The notes under the pieces were generated by a model. The model was given only the letters and a program-made list of their open reading frames with translations, did not search any database and was not told where the DNA came from. DNA of 64,000 nt from Rhina ancylostomus (lineage: Eukaryota), in the NCBI GenBank assembly GCA_030265395.1, contig JARFYF010000036.1, positions 15,659,299 through 15,723,298 on the forward strand, read 5' to 3'. The translations under genes and the position numbers were made by a program. Below are positions 38,776 to 50,720 of the stretch, in pieces; position 1 is the first letter of the stretch; every line of letters starts with the position of its first letter.

Positions 38776-39000
38776 TGTTACGAACCAGTAACAAAAGAAA
38801 CACACCGAGACATGTATAAGTGTTAAAAATCTACTTTATTAATAACTACTTATGATAATAAGTAAAATAAAACTAAAAATGTTAGAATGTTAGAAGTAAT
38901 AATGTTAAACCTTGAATATTAACCCCCAAAAACTAACTAAACTTGTCGTGTGTGTGGCAAATTCCCAAACTCCACGTCCAGGAATGGTTCTTAAAGTTCA
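38776..39000 (-). mobile_element. Probable LTR end (Gypsy-like), running into a gap
   Basis: Sharp TGTTACG terminus (..CGTAACA on the minus strand) with a minus-strand AATAAA about 60 bp inside. Some CpGs are retained. Confidence 0.5.
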
Positions 39001-42000
39001 NNNNNNNNNNNNNNNNNNNNNNNNNNNNNNNNNNNNNNNNNNNNNNNNNNNNNNNNNNNNNNNNNNNNNNNNNNNNNNNNNNNNNNNNNNNNNNNNNNNN
39101 NNNNNNNNNNNNNNNNNNNNNNNNNNNNNNNNNNNNNNNNNNNNNNNNNNNNNNNNNNNNNNTACTTAGAAATTCAGCTCCATTGAATTCAGAATGAATG
39201 TACATCTGCTACTATATTGGATATTTAGAGCATGCAGCCAAGGAATTTTGTTCAGATGAGATCATTTTTTTATTGGGCTTTCCAAATTTAAAATGGCAGA
39301 TGATATGTTAGAATGTTACACATCAGTTGTTTCACCATGCCCAAGATAGTGCTTAAGAAGAAAAAAATGGAACTTGCTTTTCCAAATGAATTAGCTGTAC
39401 AAAACATACAAATATGCTCCAAGCAGAAGAAGAGCCAGTTAATGCAAAGAAGCAAAAAGGGTAAAAAGCTTCGCAACTTCAGATAACTGTTGGAGTTGGA
39501 GGAGGAGCTTGTCAGCACAACCTGTTGCACTCCTCATGAAACAGGAGTTTGAAATTATCTAGAAATTAAATTGTATTTTGTAGTATCTTTCAATGAAGCT
39601 AAAAATAGATTTTTCCAGAACGAAACACGATAGTGAACATTTCCAGATTATTTTGCGCCACTCAGAAAAAAATTCAACTGGACACTTCCTGCTGTTAATC
39701 ACAGTTCTGACCCTGATGTGATTTCTGCATCAAGGCATGGGAGGTGTGGGTTTTCCCCTTGCAATGCCCCCTTTTGGAACAATGTGGAACTTGGTTCGCA
39801 TTGCCCTGAGGATGCTCTTGGTTTGGCGTTTCCGAGCTTTCACTCAGTAACCTGTGAGGTAAGTAGATTACCTTTTCGTAATCTTTTGGTTCCCCTCCCA
39901 CAATCAACAGACCCTACCCACCACTCTGTGACCTGCAGCCTGCACCCTGAATTCTTGAACTCTGTCCACTCCCTGATCTGTGGACATCTGACCAGTAATT
40001 TCCTCACCCCCGCCTACAATTTGCTGCTGGTCCCAATTTCTTTTCCCCCACCTCAGAGTTCCATCAGCCTGATGCTCTAACCCATCTCTGTATTCCCTGC
40101 AACAGTGTCAGCTTCCTGCTCCTTCCCACCTACAATTCCCCCTTCACACACACAGCTGGCCTCCAGCCCCTTCTCTCAATCCCCCACCACTCTGCCAGCT
40201 TCCTGCTCCTGTGATCTGTCAACCTGAAGGCACTGTTGGTTCATTCCATCTGACCCCTACCCCAACACACATCACCCCACCCACACATACCACTGGACAG
40301 TCTTCCCCACTCTCTGTCCCTTCCTCTTATCTCATGTGACAGGCCTCTCTTCCTTCACACGGGCACAGGCCCAATCAGGCTGATGTCTGGAAAACTCCTG
40401 AGCCTAGTTCTGGGCAGGAGTATCGGGCAGCACATTTTCAGCTATGAAAATGAGCAACACCCAGCTGTTGTCTGACACCCCAGTTGCAAATGAAAGTTTA
40501 TGTGGCAGCCCAAGTTTTATTGAAACCCTAGCTGTTCATGGTTCCAGTGCACATTAACAGTGTTCATTCATCCCTGGGCAACCCACACTTTTGATGCATC
40601 AGCTGAGGACTGTGTCTATGTAATAAAATGACTATGGAACATTTAGAAGTTTAACTGTTTTGTAGAACTGATAATGCTGCATTTATTCATAGGAAATAGG
40701 TATATGAAAAGAGTCCCAGTCACTTGAGACAAGCAGTGTTGATGGCACCATTCATTTTGTCCAGAAGTTGGATTGTACAGTAAATAACTGTTGCATTAAG
40801 CATGGATAACAAATTGGGTCTCCCACTAAAAATTGTGGAAATGGATGAAATCAAGCATGAAACAGACATAACACCAGATATAGCCCTAAAGAAAGACGTG
40901 CAGAATTCTCAACAGGTTTACACTTAATTCTGTGTAGCCCCAGGTACTATGCTTAGCAGCAACCAGAAAAGGGCATCTGCTCTTAAAGGCACCCTCCCTG
41001 TGGCTGTCAGATGGCATCATTACACATTATGGCTGCCATGGAGGAGCCAATAGGATTCAGGATGGAGGCAGACTTCTCCCACATTCACTCAAAAGGACAT
41101 ACATGTAAAAGAGATCCATGACAGGAGAGTTAGTCTGAGCTTTGTACTGCAATCTATGTTGATGTGAGAAGTAAGAGACATTGTGCCACTTGTAATATTA
41201 TTTGATATGCACCAGATATTGGGAACATGCCAGGTGTGCAAACATGGACCACCTACAGCAGTGTATGGGTCAATTTTGTGATCTGTACAACCTCATTGAA
41301 GATGATTGCAAGCATCATCAACTGTGGGCAAATGAAAGTTTTGCATGATCAGAGCCAAAAGAATTGGCACTAAATTATCCAATTTACGGGCAATTATATC
41401 CAGACTAAGTTTTATTTGCTTATCACTTACACGCTTGACAAGCTCCATTGCTCCCCCCCGTCCCAAACACATTAAAACATATTCCCATTTATGAATCCCC
41501 ATGTAACATTAGCCCTCCTATATTTGCAATCTTCTCTAGTCTAGATGCCAGCATATTGCTTCCATGAATCAGACCCTGGCCTCCTGTGCCTCCCATTATT
41601 CTCTGTTCCACATTCAGTGGCAGTCTCCACTCAGCATGACATCACACTCTTGAACTGCCTCCATAAATTCCTCCAGTTTACTGCATCTCATGATCTATTT
41701 TTCTGCTGCCTGAAGACGTTTGCTATTTTGGCATTATGAGGTAAGTTGCTGTTACTTCCAGAAACACTAGCAGCAGACTCCTGAAATGAAACAGAAGTAA
41801 AGGAATACATAAGCAAATAGTGCTTTGATATTTATTTACTGTGGCAAAAGATGACTTCAAGCAGGATGTGAGTTGATTTCAAAGGACCACCTTTGCTCAT
41901 TCACCTAGTCATCGCTTTGACCAGCTAAATATTTGGTCCAAGTAAATATGTTGTACACAAAGGACTTCTTGTACGCAGATTTCTCCACACATCCCAATTT

Positions 42001-43349
42001 GTTGTTTTCAGCATCAAGTAAGATGTTAAGCATGTTAGGAATTGGTGGATATCAGTGCTACCAGTTTTTTACATTGGTTGTATTGGTCTGAGCTTCCTTG
42101 GACTGTGTTTGCATTTTTTCCCTTTTGGGTCAAGTTCATGCCAGTAACACATTATAGTAAATTTCCACAGCTGAGAAAGTTTTCCACATTAAATAGTTTA
42201 TGAATTGACAAACAGCAGGCAATCATACTTTAGCAAATTTGCATCAATTTTGTGAATTGGAAGGAAGACTAAGGGATATCTTAATCAGCAAAGCTTGCCA
42301 CCTGATGACTCAAGTGAAAGACACTGTTCAGTTTGAGGGTGGAGGTTGGAGATTTGGGAGAGGGTCAACAGNNNNNNNNNNNNNNNNNCAAGCATGAGTG
42401 GGCATGATTGGTCAGGGTGGGTGGAGTTAGGTACCAGTGGAGGAAAGCTGAACGGAGTTCCCTACACCATTCTTGTAGACATATCTCTACCTAGCCCCAT
42501 GTAACTAATATTGGACTCAGAATTTTGGCACCTCTTCCTCTTTGTTGGGCAACTTACTGAGTGGATGGTCCACCAAATTGATCCAGAATGCTGCATAAAT
42601 TAATCAGTTTACTGCCAGATTCAGGTGTGCCCAGCAGAGGTCTGAGTTACATTGGCAGCAAGACATGAATAAATGTCTTTTAACTTAAAATCATCCACTT
42701 TTGCCAAATGAGGTGAGATGCAATCTCCCCTGCTGTATTAATAACTGACAGAAATTCATCATAAAAGAAGAAAGTAAAGAAAGATGCAAAAGAAACTGAG
42801 GGAAATCATTGTGATTAGGACCTCGGCTGTGAAGTGCTAGTGGTTATTTTCCTTTTCACCCCTTTGAGGTTTACAACTTGCTTCTGATGTAAGTGATGCA
42901 AAGTAGCTTTTACTTTGCATCCCATTCCTCTTTCATCCATTTCTTATGGAGCTAATAATCCTGTTCTGAGACACTTCAAACTGAAAATCCTAACTTTAGG
43001 ACTGGTGACATTTTGTGCTCCACATTCATTCTGGACATGTGGTTTTGCTCAAAGATTTGCTTATGGTGCAGGTGGGAGTGTGCCAGCAAACCCACAACAA
43101 ATCAGCACCAGACTTAACTGCTGCCTAATTAAGTTCATAAGTTCTCAGGAATAACGTGTCAGCAGTTAATCCACAACAGCAAATAATCAGGTAACGCTCA
43201 ACTCAAGTATTATAAGACTGTGGTTTCACAGAAATGTTATAGCATGCTCAATAAGCAAAACAATCTGAGTAAAACCAAATGGTTGAAAGGGAGCTGGGAA
43301 TATTGCTGGTGCCACAGGGGTGTGTCCAGGATTGAAACTGGGATGGTAA

Positions 43350-43760
43350 ACAGCTGCAGTGGGAATAGATATTCCAATGAGGGGGTGGTGAGCCCAGGGA
43401 CAGCTGAATGGAATCAGTTAAATTATTAATTCTAAATTTATTCTGTTTAGAACAGAGTAGATATGGTAGGACTATTTCCTTTGGCTGGATGCCTCAAATA
43501 GGAAGGCATAACCTTAAAATTAAAGTTAGGTCATGTTGGAATGAAATCAGGAATCACCTTCTCCACATAAATGTAGAAAACATTTAGAATTCTCTTCATA
43601 AAAAACTATGGATGCTGGATGTATTGAAATTTTCTTGGCAGAAGAACAGGTTTTTATTCAGCTAGAAAGGGACGTGGATCACATGTGGATAAAAATCAGC
43701 CATGCTGAAATTGTGCTACTGGCTTGATGGCCTGAGTGGCCAATTTCAATCCCTCCAGTG
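43350..43760 (+). mobile_element. Old CR1 3' end
   Basis: ggcataaccttaaaattaaag...atcagccatgctgaaattg..ggcttgatggcctgagtggcc. Confidence 0.6.
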
Positions 43761-44004
43761 TTATAAATATTTTAACCTGGGTTACTGGTTTCACTGTTTT
43801 ATATCTTTTCTGTTCACTTGAATTTCTTCGATATGTTGATACAAGTAGTTGGTTGAAGCTTTCTCTGCTGCAAAGGATTCAAAGAGTCCCTGCTTCTGAC
43901 TGGTCTATCTCCAATCAGCAGTAATTAGTCTGGATATTTTTAGCCTAGTTTTCTTCCAAAGCCTGTGGTAAACATACTACTACTGATGTGCCAGCTCAGT
44001 GTCA

Positions 44005-44258
44005 AATGTGGCTCAGTTGGTAGGTGTCTCTTCTATGAATTGGAAGGTTCTCAATTCAAATTCCAGAACTCGGGACTGAACACAGTCATCAAGTCTAAAT
44101 GCCAGTACAGCACTGAGGAGATGCTGGACTGTCAAAGGTGTTATCCTTCTGATAAGAATTTAGCCCCGTCTAATGGACATAAGTAATCCCATGTCTTATT
44201 GAGAAGAAGAGCAAGGGTGTTATCCCCAGTGTAGTGCTGGTATTTATTCATCTATCAT
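44005..44258 (+). mobile_element. Deu-domain SINE (SacSINE1/AmnSINE1-like)
   Basis: tRNA-like head gtggctcagttggtag, then cagtacagcactgaggagatgct...atcccatg...gaagaagagcaagggtgttatccccagtgt. Confidence 0.7.
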
Positions 44259-44261
44259 TTA

Positions 44262-44535
44262 TGGTCTCAATACATCCCAAAGTGCTTTACTGTCAATTAA
44301 ATGCATTTCAAATGGTCACCATTCTGATGCAGTAATTGAGACACAACAAGCTCTCACAAACAGGAACATGATAATGTCCTTACCTGTACTTTAAAATCAT
44401 TTCATAGGATCTCCTCACCCATCCGAGAAAGTCGACGAGACCTTCCATCGATCGGACAGTCCTCCTTCACTGAGTTTTAGCCTAGTTTATGTAGTCAACT
44501 GTCTGAACCAGCAATTGAACCCACAAACTTATGCA
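44262..44535 (-). mobile_element. Deu-domain SINE, antisense copy
   Basis: Reverse complement has a gtgggttcaatt B-box remnant and the tail gtaaagcactttgggatgt. Confidence 0.6.
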
Positions 44536-47094
44536 TTGGAATCACGACCCCTGCCATTCTGCTTCTCTTTCTACCTTTGCTGTGAATGAAATCTGAAAGA
44601 GAAATCATTTAAATATTAGGCTTGGTACTAATGCCTGTACTTTACTGGAACATCTTTACTGGAGCACCTGGTGGGACTTAGGACTAGCCTATTACTATTA
44701 CATTGAGGATGCAGCTGTCCATGTAACATAGTTCCTTCCCTGACCGTCCTGAACCAATTGTTTCTTGAGTATCACTTTGTGGAACCCAAATATTGTCCAA
44801 CGCAGAAAGCATATTGATTTCCTTTGGTGCCATTTGTAAACAAGTGTACTTGGTTGGTCTTTTGAAATTCCCACCAGACATTGCCCCAGAAGCTTGATTC
44901 CCTTCATCAGCCCCCCCCCACCACCATCCCATTGTACTCAGTAGGAGGTGTAAGCATGGCAGAAGTGATCACCATCCAGATTTTCTATCTGTTCAAAATT
45001 TGCTTGAATCCCACCCTTCAGAAAAGGGCACTGTTTCTAAGCCAAGGATTAGTTATGATACAATAAACAACAATAGCACATTGATAAATAGTGAACAGTT
45101 TGATGATTGCCATCCAGTTAATCTCATTGTCTCAATCGTTCTATATACCCTGCAAATTTTGCTTCTTTTAGCACAAAATACCTAATTCATAGAGATTCAT
45201 CAAACATTTTAATTCATAGATAAGTGATTCAATGGGGTAAGTTTGTCTTTGTGTTGAATGGGTATAGTGCTGCCAGGAAGAGTTGTGTGGCTAACTCTTG
45301 GCTCTGCTTACTTCCCAAATGAGAAAAAAATTCAGGAAGTCTCATTAACCACACCATCTTTTGTTTCTTTTGAGGACACAATCCTTTCTTTGCAAGTGCA
45401 GAGGTTTCAGCCGTCTCCAAATAAACTGCAACCAGAAGAATGTGGACATATACCAAAACCCCAAATCCAGTAGCAGATAGTGTTCAAGAGTCCCTTTCAA
45501 CTGAATCACATTTTGGGATAAAGTATATGGACATCACTTAGCATTTGTGCAAGCATCAGGGTTTGACTGGGCTCTCAGCAGCACAGTGATTTCGAACATA
45601 TTTTGACAATAGCTTATGTGAAACTCCATAATGGTGCATTACATTGCAACATTGTTTTGAATTCTTTTGATGAATTCTTATGTATAGTTCCTTTTTTAAT
45701 TCATCCATTCTTCCTTTTTCTTGAAGTCCACTGTGGAGCTCTGAGATAATGCTCCAGTAATTACCTCAGAGGTCCACAAAGAGCCAAAACTATGATGATC
45801 CCTGTACTGATCCCCTTGCCCCATTTGCAAAGTACAAAGCTTACATAATGCTTTATTGCAAACACAGCTGCCAAGGACAACTCTGTGTGGGTTGTGGAAT
45901 CAGCCTGGTATTTCACCTTTCCAGTGTGTCCTTCTTTGCCGCACTGTGCCATCTCAGAATGGCTAGTGCTTGTAAATAACCTGAGGTGTTTAGAAAAGCA
46001 AAATCACTTCACCTCTGACAAAAAAAATGTGCAGCTGAACAACTGGGACCCTTCACTTTCACTGAGTCTTGTCTTCCTGAAATAAACAGGAAGTCAGTCA
46101 AGATGTTATTTCAAATGGCAGTGAGGCTTTTAGTAGAAGAATGAGATCAGAAAGTGGAAATGGAGGAGAACCAAATGATGAAAAGTCTAAATTATTAAGC
46201 AAGCAAATTAACAGACTTTCAGAAAGGAGGAGGAAGAATGAATAAGTCTGCCTCCTCCTTATTCATTACGAGGGATGTCAAGACTGTACCTTGATCAGGA
46301 AACACAGCTTCACTGGAGCCACTCTAAGCTACTCTACTGCAAACTGTTAACTCTCTGTAAGGTTAAACTGAAACAAAAATGTAAACAAAAACATTGCAAC
46401 AGAGGTTGAAATGGTTGCTAGTCATGTTGCTAAGCAATATAATACCGCACTTTGGCTCCCTGCACTGCAAAGACTGAAAGGCTGCATTAATGGCAAGTAT
46501 TTGTCATATGACCCTCATTACTGTCCATCTGAAAGTTATTTCAGGAAAGAACGACCGATTTTCTCTCCGATCAGGCAACTTGCCACTGTATGGTCATAAA
46601 ATTCAAATATTCCGATGTGACACATTAACACTTTGTGGTTTTCCTTTCTCCTGCTGGCTGACGTTGTTGTTTTTGAAACATACTTAAACACTTGCAGCAA
46701 CATGTTTTAGTTGTAATTAAGAAGTTTGTGTAATTGTGAGTAATAAGTCAAGTATAGTAAAAAAGATTTAAAGGTATGCGCATGAGCGCACATACATAAA
46801 CGCATACACACAGACACAAAATCCTTTCAATAAAAAGTATTAATTAACAGGATTCAGGAAGACATCTGCAACTACTTTATCAGTTTAACTACTCATTTCA
46901 CACTTATTTTTGTTCTAAATGCAGGCTTATTCAAGTGCTGCTTTTTACTTTCAGGAAATAAAACACTATTGTTACATCTGTGTTTGATGGTTTAATCATC
47001 AGAAACAAACAGTAGATTATTGAAGAGGATTTAAAATGTAATTTTGAATTAGAATATTAATTCAATATTAAAAAGTCAATAAAAGATTGTCACC

Positions 47095-47335
47095 AAAAAA
47101 ATGAGACAGAGGATTCAGAAGAAATTTCTTTGCACAGCAAGTCACTACCACAGGGAGCAGCTGATGTAAATGCTATTAGTTTGAAGGAAAACTAGAGAAG
47201 CATACTAAAGGAGGCAAGAATAGAGGGTTAAGTTGATAGATATTCATGGGGAAAATGAGAGGAGACTCGTAAAGCATATATTTTGGGCTGGACTGGTTAG
47301 GATGAATGGTCTGTTTGTGTGCTGTATATTCTAGG
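47095..47335 (+). mobile_element. Old CR1 3' end
   Basis: Ends gactggttaggatgaatggtctgtttgtgtgctgtatattcta. Confidence 0.6.
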
Positions 47336-48429
47336 CAATACTTGTGCATTTGATGCTAAAGTTTTGTATCAGGTGTTATAAAGTACTTGTGCAAATCTTT
47401 TCCTCACAGAATCAAGTAGATGCAGTATGTCCAAGATGCAGTAAACAGTATGATCTGTGAAGACAGCAACTTTGATGAGTCAAATGGCCTTTTCTCATTC
47501 TACACTTACGTTTTTATTAGAGATGGAAACATATTTAACAAACTTTTCCCTCTATCTCACCTCATTGTGTTAATAAATATGGAGATAAATTTTGTCTTCT
47601 GAAATTGGCTGCACATAGTACTCCAAGTTCTGTTTTCAAGGACCTTATTTCAGTGTTTTGTTGGACATTATGCCATTTTTGCAAAGTAATAGACATGCTA
47701 CATCCACCAATATTGTGCATAAATATTTTAATCCAGGCCCTAAAGGAATTGTAGAAACATATTTTAACCTTCTGTTAAGGATTTTCTGAAGCAAGAGGGA
47801 ACTTACCAGAACATGGTTTCCAGAAACATTTGACTTGCTCTCCCCCTCTCCCTTCAGTCATTGGTTCTGATTCATCTGCCATGCTGTCTCCCTTCCTTGA
47901 TCAATGTGTGGTGAGTGCTGCTCAGGATTTATAACTTGGTAATATTTTGGAAAAACGCTTTACACATTGAAATTCATCTCTTGGTCTTATGTATCCCCTT
48001 TTGTTTCAAGCATACTCTCTTAAATGTCCTATCATGCTAGAAAGATTAGGTCAGTCACCTGAGTAAATTGTTGTCTGACTTCTCAAAGTATTCTTAAGCT
48101 TTAAAGAAGTTGATAAGTGCCATTGCTTTACAATGTTGTACATGAAGGAGCCCTATTCCACAGGGCTAAAGACTCAGTAATTTTCAATGTTAGATGAGTA
48201 AGAAGTACTTGATGCTAATCAGTGATGGAGTGCATGCTTTCTTTGGGTTAAACTTTAGATTAAATATATTATCTTCCTTAGATATCAAACTTCTTTAAAA
48301 ATTGGTGGTTTTCTCAATTTCATCATTTTCTCTGTTCCTGAGATGCTAAAGCATCATTTCAGCCAAATGGCCATTCTTTGTTTGTCAGCCTTGATAACGA
48401 ATGTTGGGGTTTCACCAAACAGAAGTTGC

Positions 48430-48590
48430 GTCAAGCCAGAACTAGTTCTGTCCTCATCCATGTGCTTCACAGCACAAGCCATTAGATAGCAATCAGTGAT
48501 GAAAACTATTTTCCCTCAGCCTGGATTCACCAACCCAATTGTAATGATTATTTATCAGGTAATTCAGCACAGACCAGGGATTGAACATTT
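48430..48590 (-). mobile_element. Old SINE fragment
   Basis: Reverse complement begins gttcaatccctggtctgtgctgaatt (B-box-like). A related fragment lies near 26520-26700. Confidence 0.4.
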
Positions 48591-50192
48591 GCCTAGAAAT
48601 TCAGTTGCATAACATTTTTGAGTGTTATGTAATTGGAAATTAACTTTTTCTAGAGTGAACTTCAATAACAACCATTTCCAGGAGATTTCATGTCATTTCG
48701 GAAATTCAACTGGGCAGTTCTGGGCATGAGTCACCCTTGCGTTCCTGATGTGATTTCCACATTGGGGTGCATGGAATAACATAATCCCCGTAGCATTGCT
48801 TCTTTTGGAGCTTTGCAGGGAAACCCATTGTTCGGCAGTCCCAGGACAATCCAAATTTAACATCGGACTGAGTGTTCTATTGACTTTGCATTCCTTAGCA
48901 CATCCCTCCCCAACTATCACTCAATCTGCTATTAACCTTATTAATCCCACAGCCATTGATCCCCAATCCTCAACCTCAGGTGTGAGGGGAATATAAGTTT
49001 TGCAGCTGGTCATCAATGGTCTGAGGTGTTGTTGGCACCCACTGCTACACCCATCCAGAACACCATTTAGGATACACTAGAACTTGTAGCCATTCTCAGT
49101 ACAGTGCCACTCGGTACAGTAGTGATGCATTTTGCCAGAAGAATACTCAAGGGACTTTGTTCAGTCTATCATATGAGCAGTATGTTTACTTTACTTCTCT
49201 GCAATCTTTAAGTTGCTGTTCCCCTATCTCTAGGTTCTAAGTAAGAGTGAAACTTTCTGGTTCAGAACTTCTGTAAACCAAAGAGCTAATATGAATATTT
49301 TGCTCCAGACCTCCGCACAAAGAACAAATATTAAAATCTCCAGCCTCTTTAAAAAAAACAAAGAGACTGCTGTTGACAGCTGAATCCCATAAGCAGGATG
49401 TAGCAGCTGTGTGCAGTAGCAAAGCTGGAGAAGAGTGCCTTCTGCATTACATGTATCCCATGTAAAAGTAAGCCCATGGCATTACATGTCTGGAATCAAA
49501 CTGAACAGAACATCCAAATCTGTTTGAAAACTTTTGGATTGCTACTGATTAATTGTGGTGCCTAATAAAAGTGAAATGTTAATAAAACATAACATTTCTG
49601 AGTCTGAACCTAACTTAAATGATCTGTGGGAACTCTAGTTTCGATTCCCATTTTAAACAAATATGTAGGTAATATAGATGTAAAGAACTTCAAATTAACT
49701 AAAAGAAATTCAAAAAGTTAAAATAGAGACCAGTGTCAATTCTCAAAATGGTTGTAGCTTCTATCCTGCATGTGGGTGCTCTGCCATACAGGAAGGCAGA
49801 GAATATATGACTGACAGATGAATATCTCTAACCCATAAATTAAATTTCAGTACAATTTCACTGCTACAGCAACCAGAAAGAATCAGCAATTTATATTCAT
49901 TTAATGCCCCTACTTCTCAGTTATTTGAGTGAGATGCAGCATGAAAAGATAGGAAATTCAGATGAAGAAATGGAGAGAGAGATGGATTTCAGGAAGAAAG
50001 ATGGAAGGGAAGGGAAACCGGGATGGCAGACTTCAGTGCAAAAGAGCAACCCTGATTGGACAATGGGGTCTGGGAGCCATGATCAGGCCAGATGGACCAG
50101 GGAATGAGTGAAAGGCAACAATCAGGGGACCCGGGGCTAGTTAGGGGGCTACAATCCCATCCTACCCAGGCATGGTAAATAATCTTCAATAA

Positions 50193-50449
50193 GCAGTGGC
50201 ACGGTAGCGTAGCAGTTAACGCAACGCTATTACAGTGCCAGCGATCAGGGTTCGATTCCCGTCGCTGTCTGTAAGTGGTTTGTACCTTCTCCCGTGTCTG
50301 CGTGGGTTTCCTCCAGGTGATCCGGTTTCCTCTCACATTCTCAGACGTACGGGTAGGTTAATTTGGGGTTTAAAATGGGCGGCATAGACTCTTTGGATCA
50401 GAAGGGCCTGTTACCACGCTGTAAGTAAAATTTTAAAAAAATTTTTAAA
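50193..50449 (+). mobile_element. Near full-length V-SINE (HE1-like)
   Basis: tRNA head with B box gggttcgattccc, V-domain ttctcccgtgtctgcgtgggtttcctcc and tail gaagggcctgttacc. Highly similar to the copy at 56929. Confidence 0.9.
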
Positions 50450-50450
50450 C

Positions 50451-50720
50451 TAAGATAAAATATCTTTATTAGTCACATGAACATCAAAACACACAGTGAA
50501 ATGCATCTTTTGCGTAGAGCATTCTGGGGGCAGCCCGCAAATGTCACCACACTTCCGGCGCCAACATAGCATGCTCACACTTTCCTAACCCATNNNNNNN
50601 NNNNNNNNNNNNNNNNNNNNNNNNNNNNNNNNNNNNNNNNNNNNNNNNNNNNNNNNNNNNNNNNNNNNNNNNNNNNNNNNNNNNNNNNNNNNNTGCGCTA
50701 ACCGTGACACTACCATGCCT
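50451..50720 (-). mobile_element. Antisense SINE with the same tRNA-type head but a different (Rex1-like) tail; centre lies in a gap
   Basis: The reverse complement of 50694-50719 is ggcatggtagtgtcacggttagcgca. The tail reads tttcactgtgtgttttgatgttcatgtgactaataaa, similar to the Rex1 tail at 19215. Confidence 0.65.

Noticed and set aside
50197-50265. tRNA-like sequence (also at 56930)
   Set aside because: It is the SINE head and continues into the V-domain. There is no complete cloverleaf.
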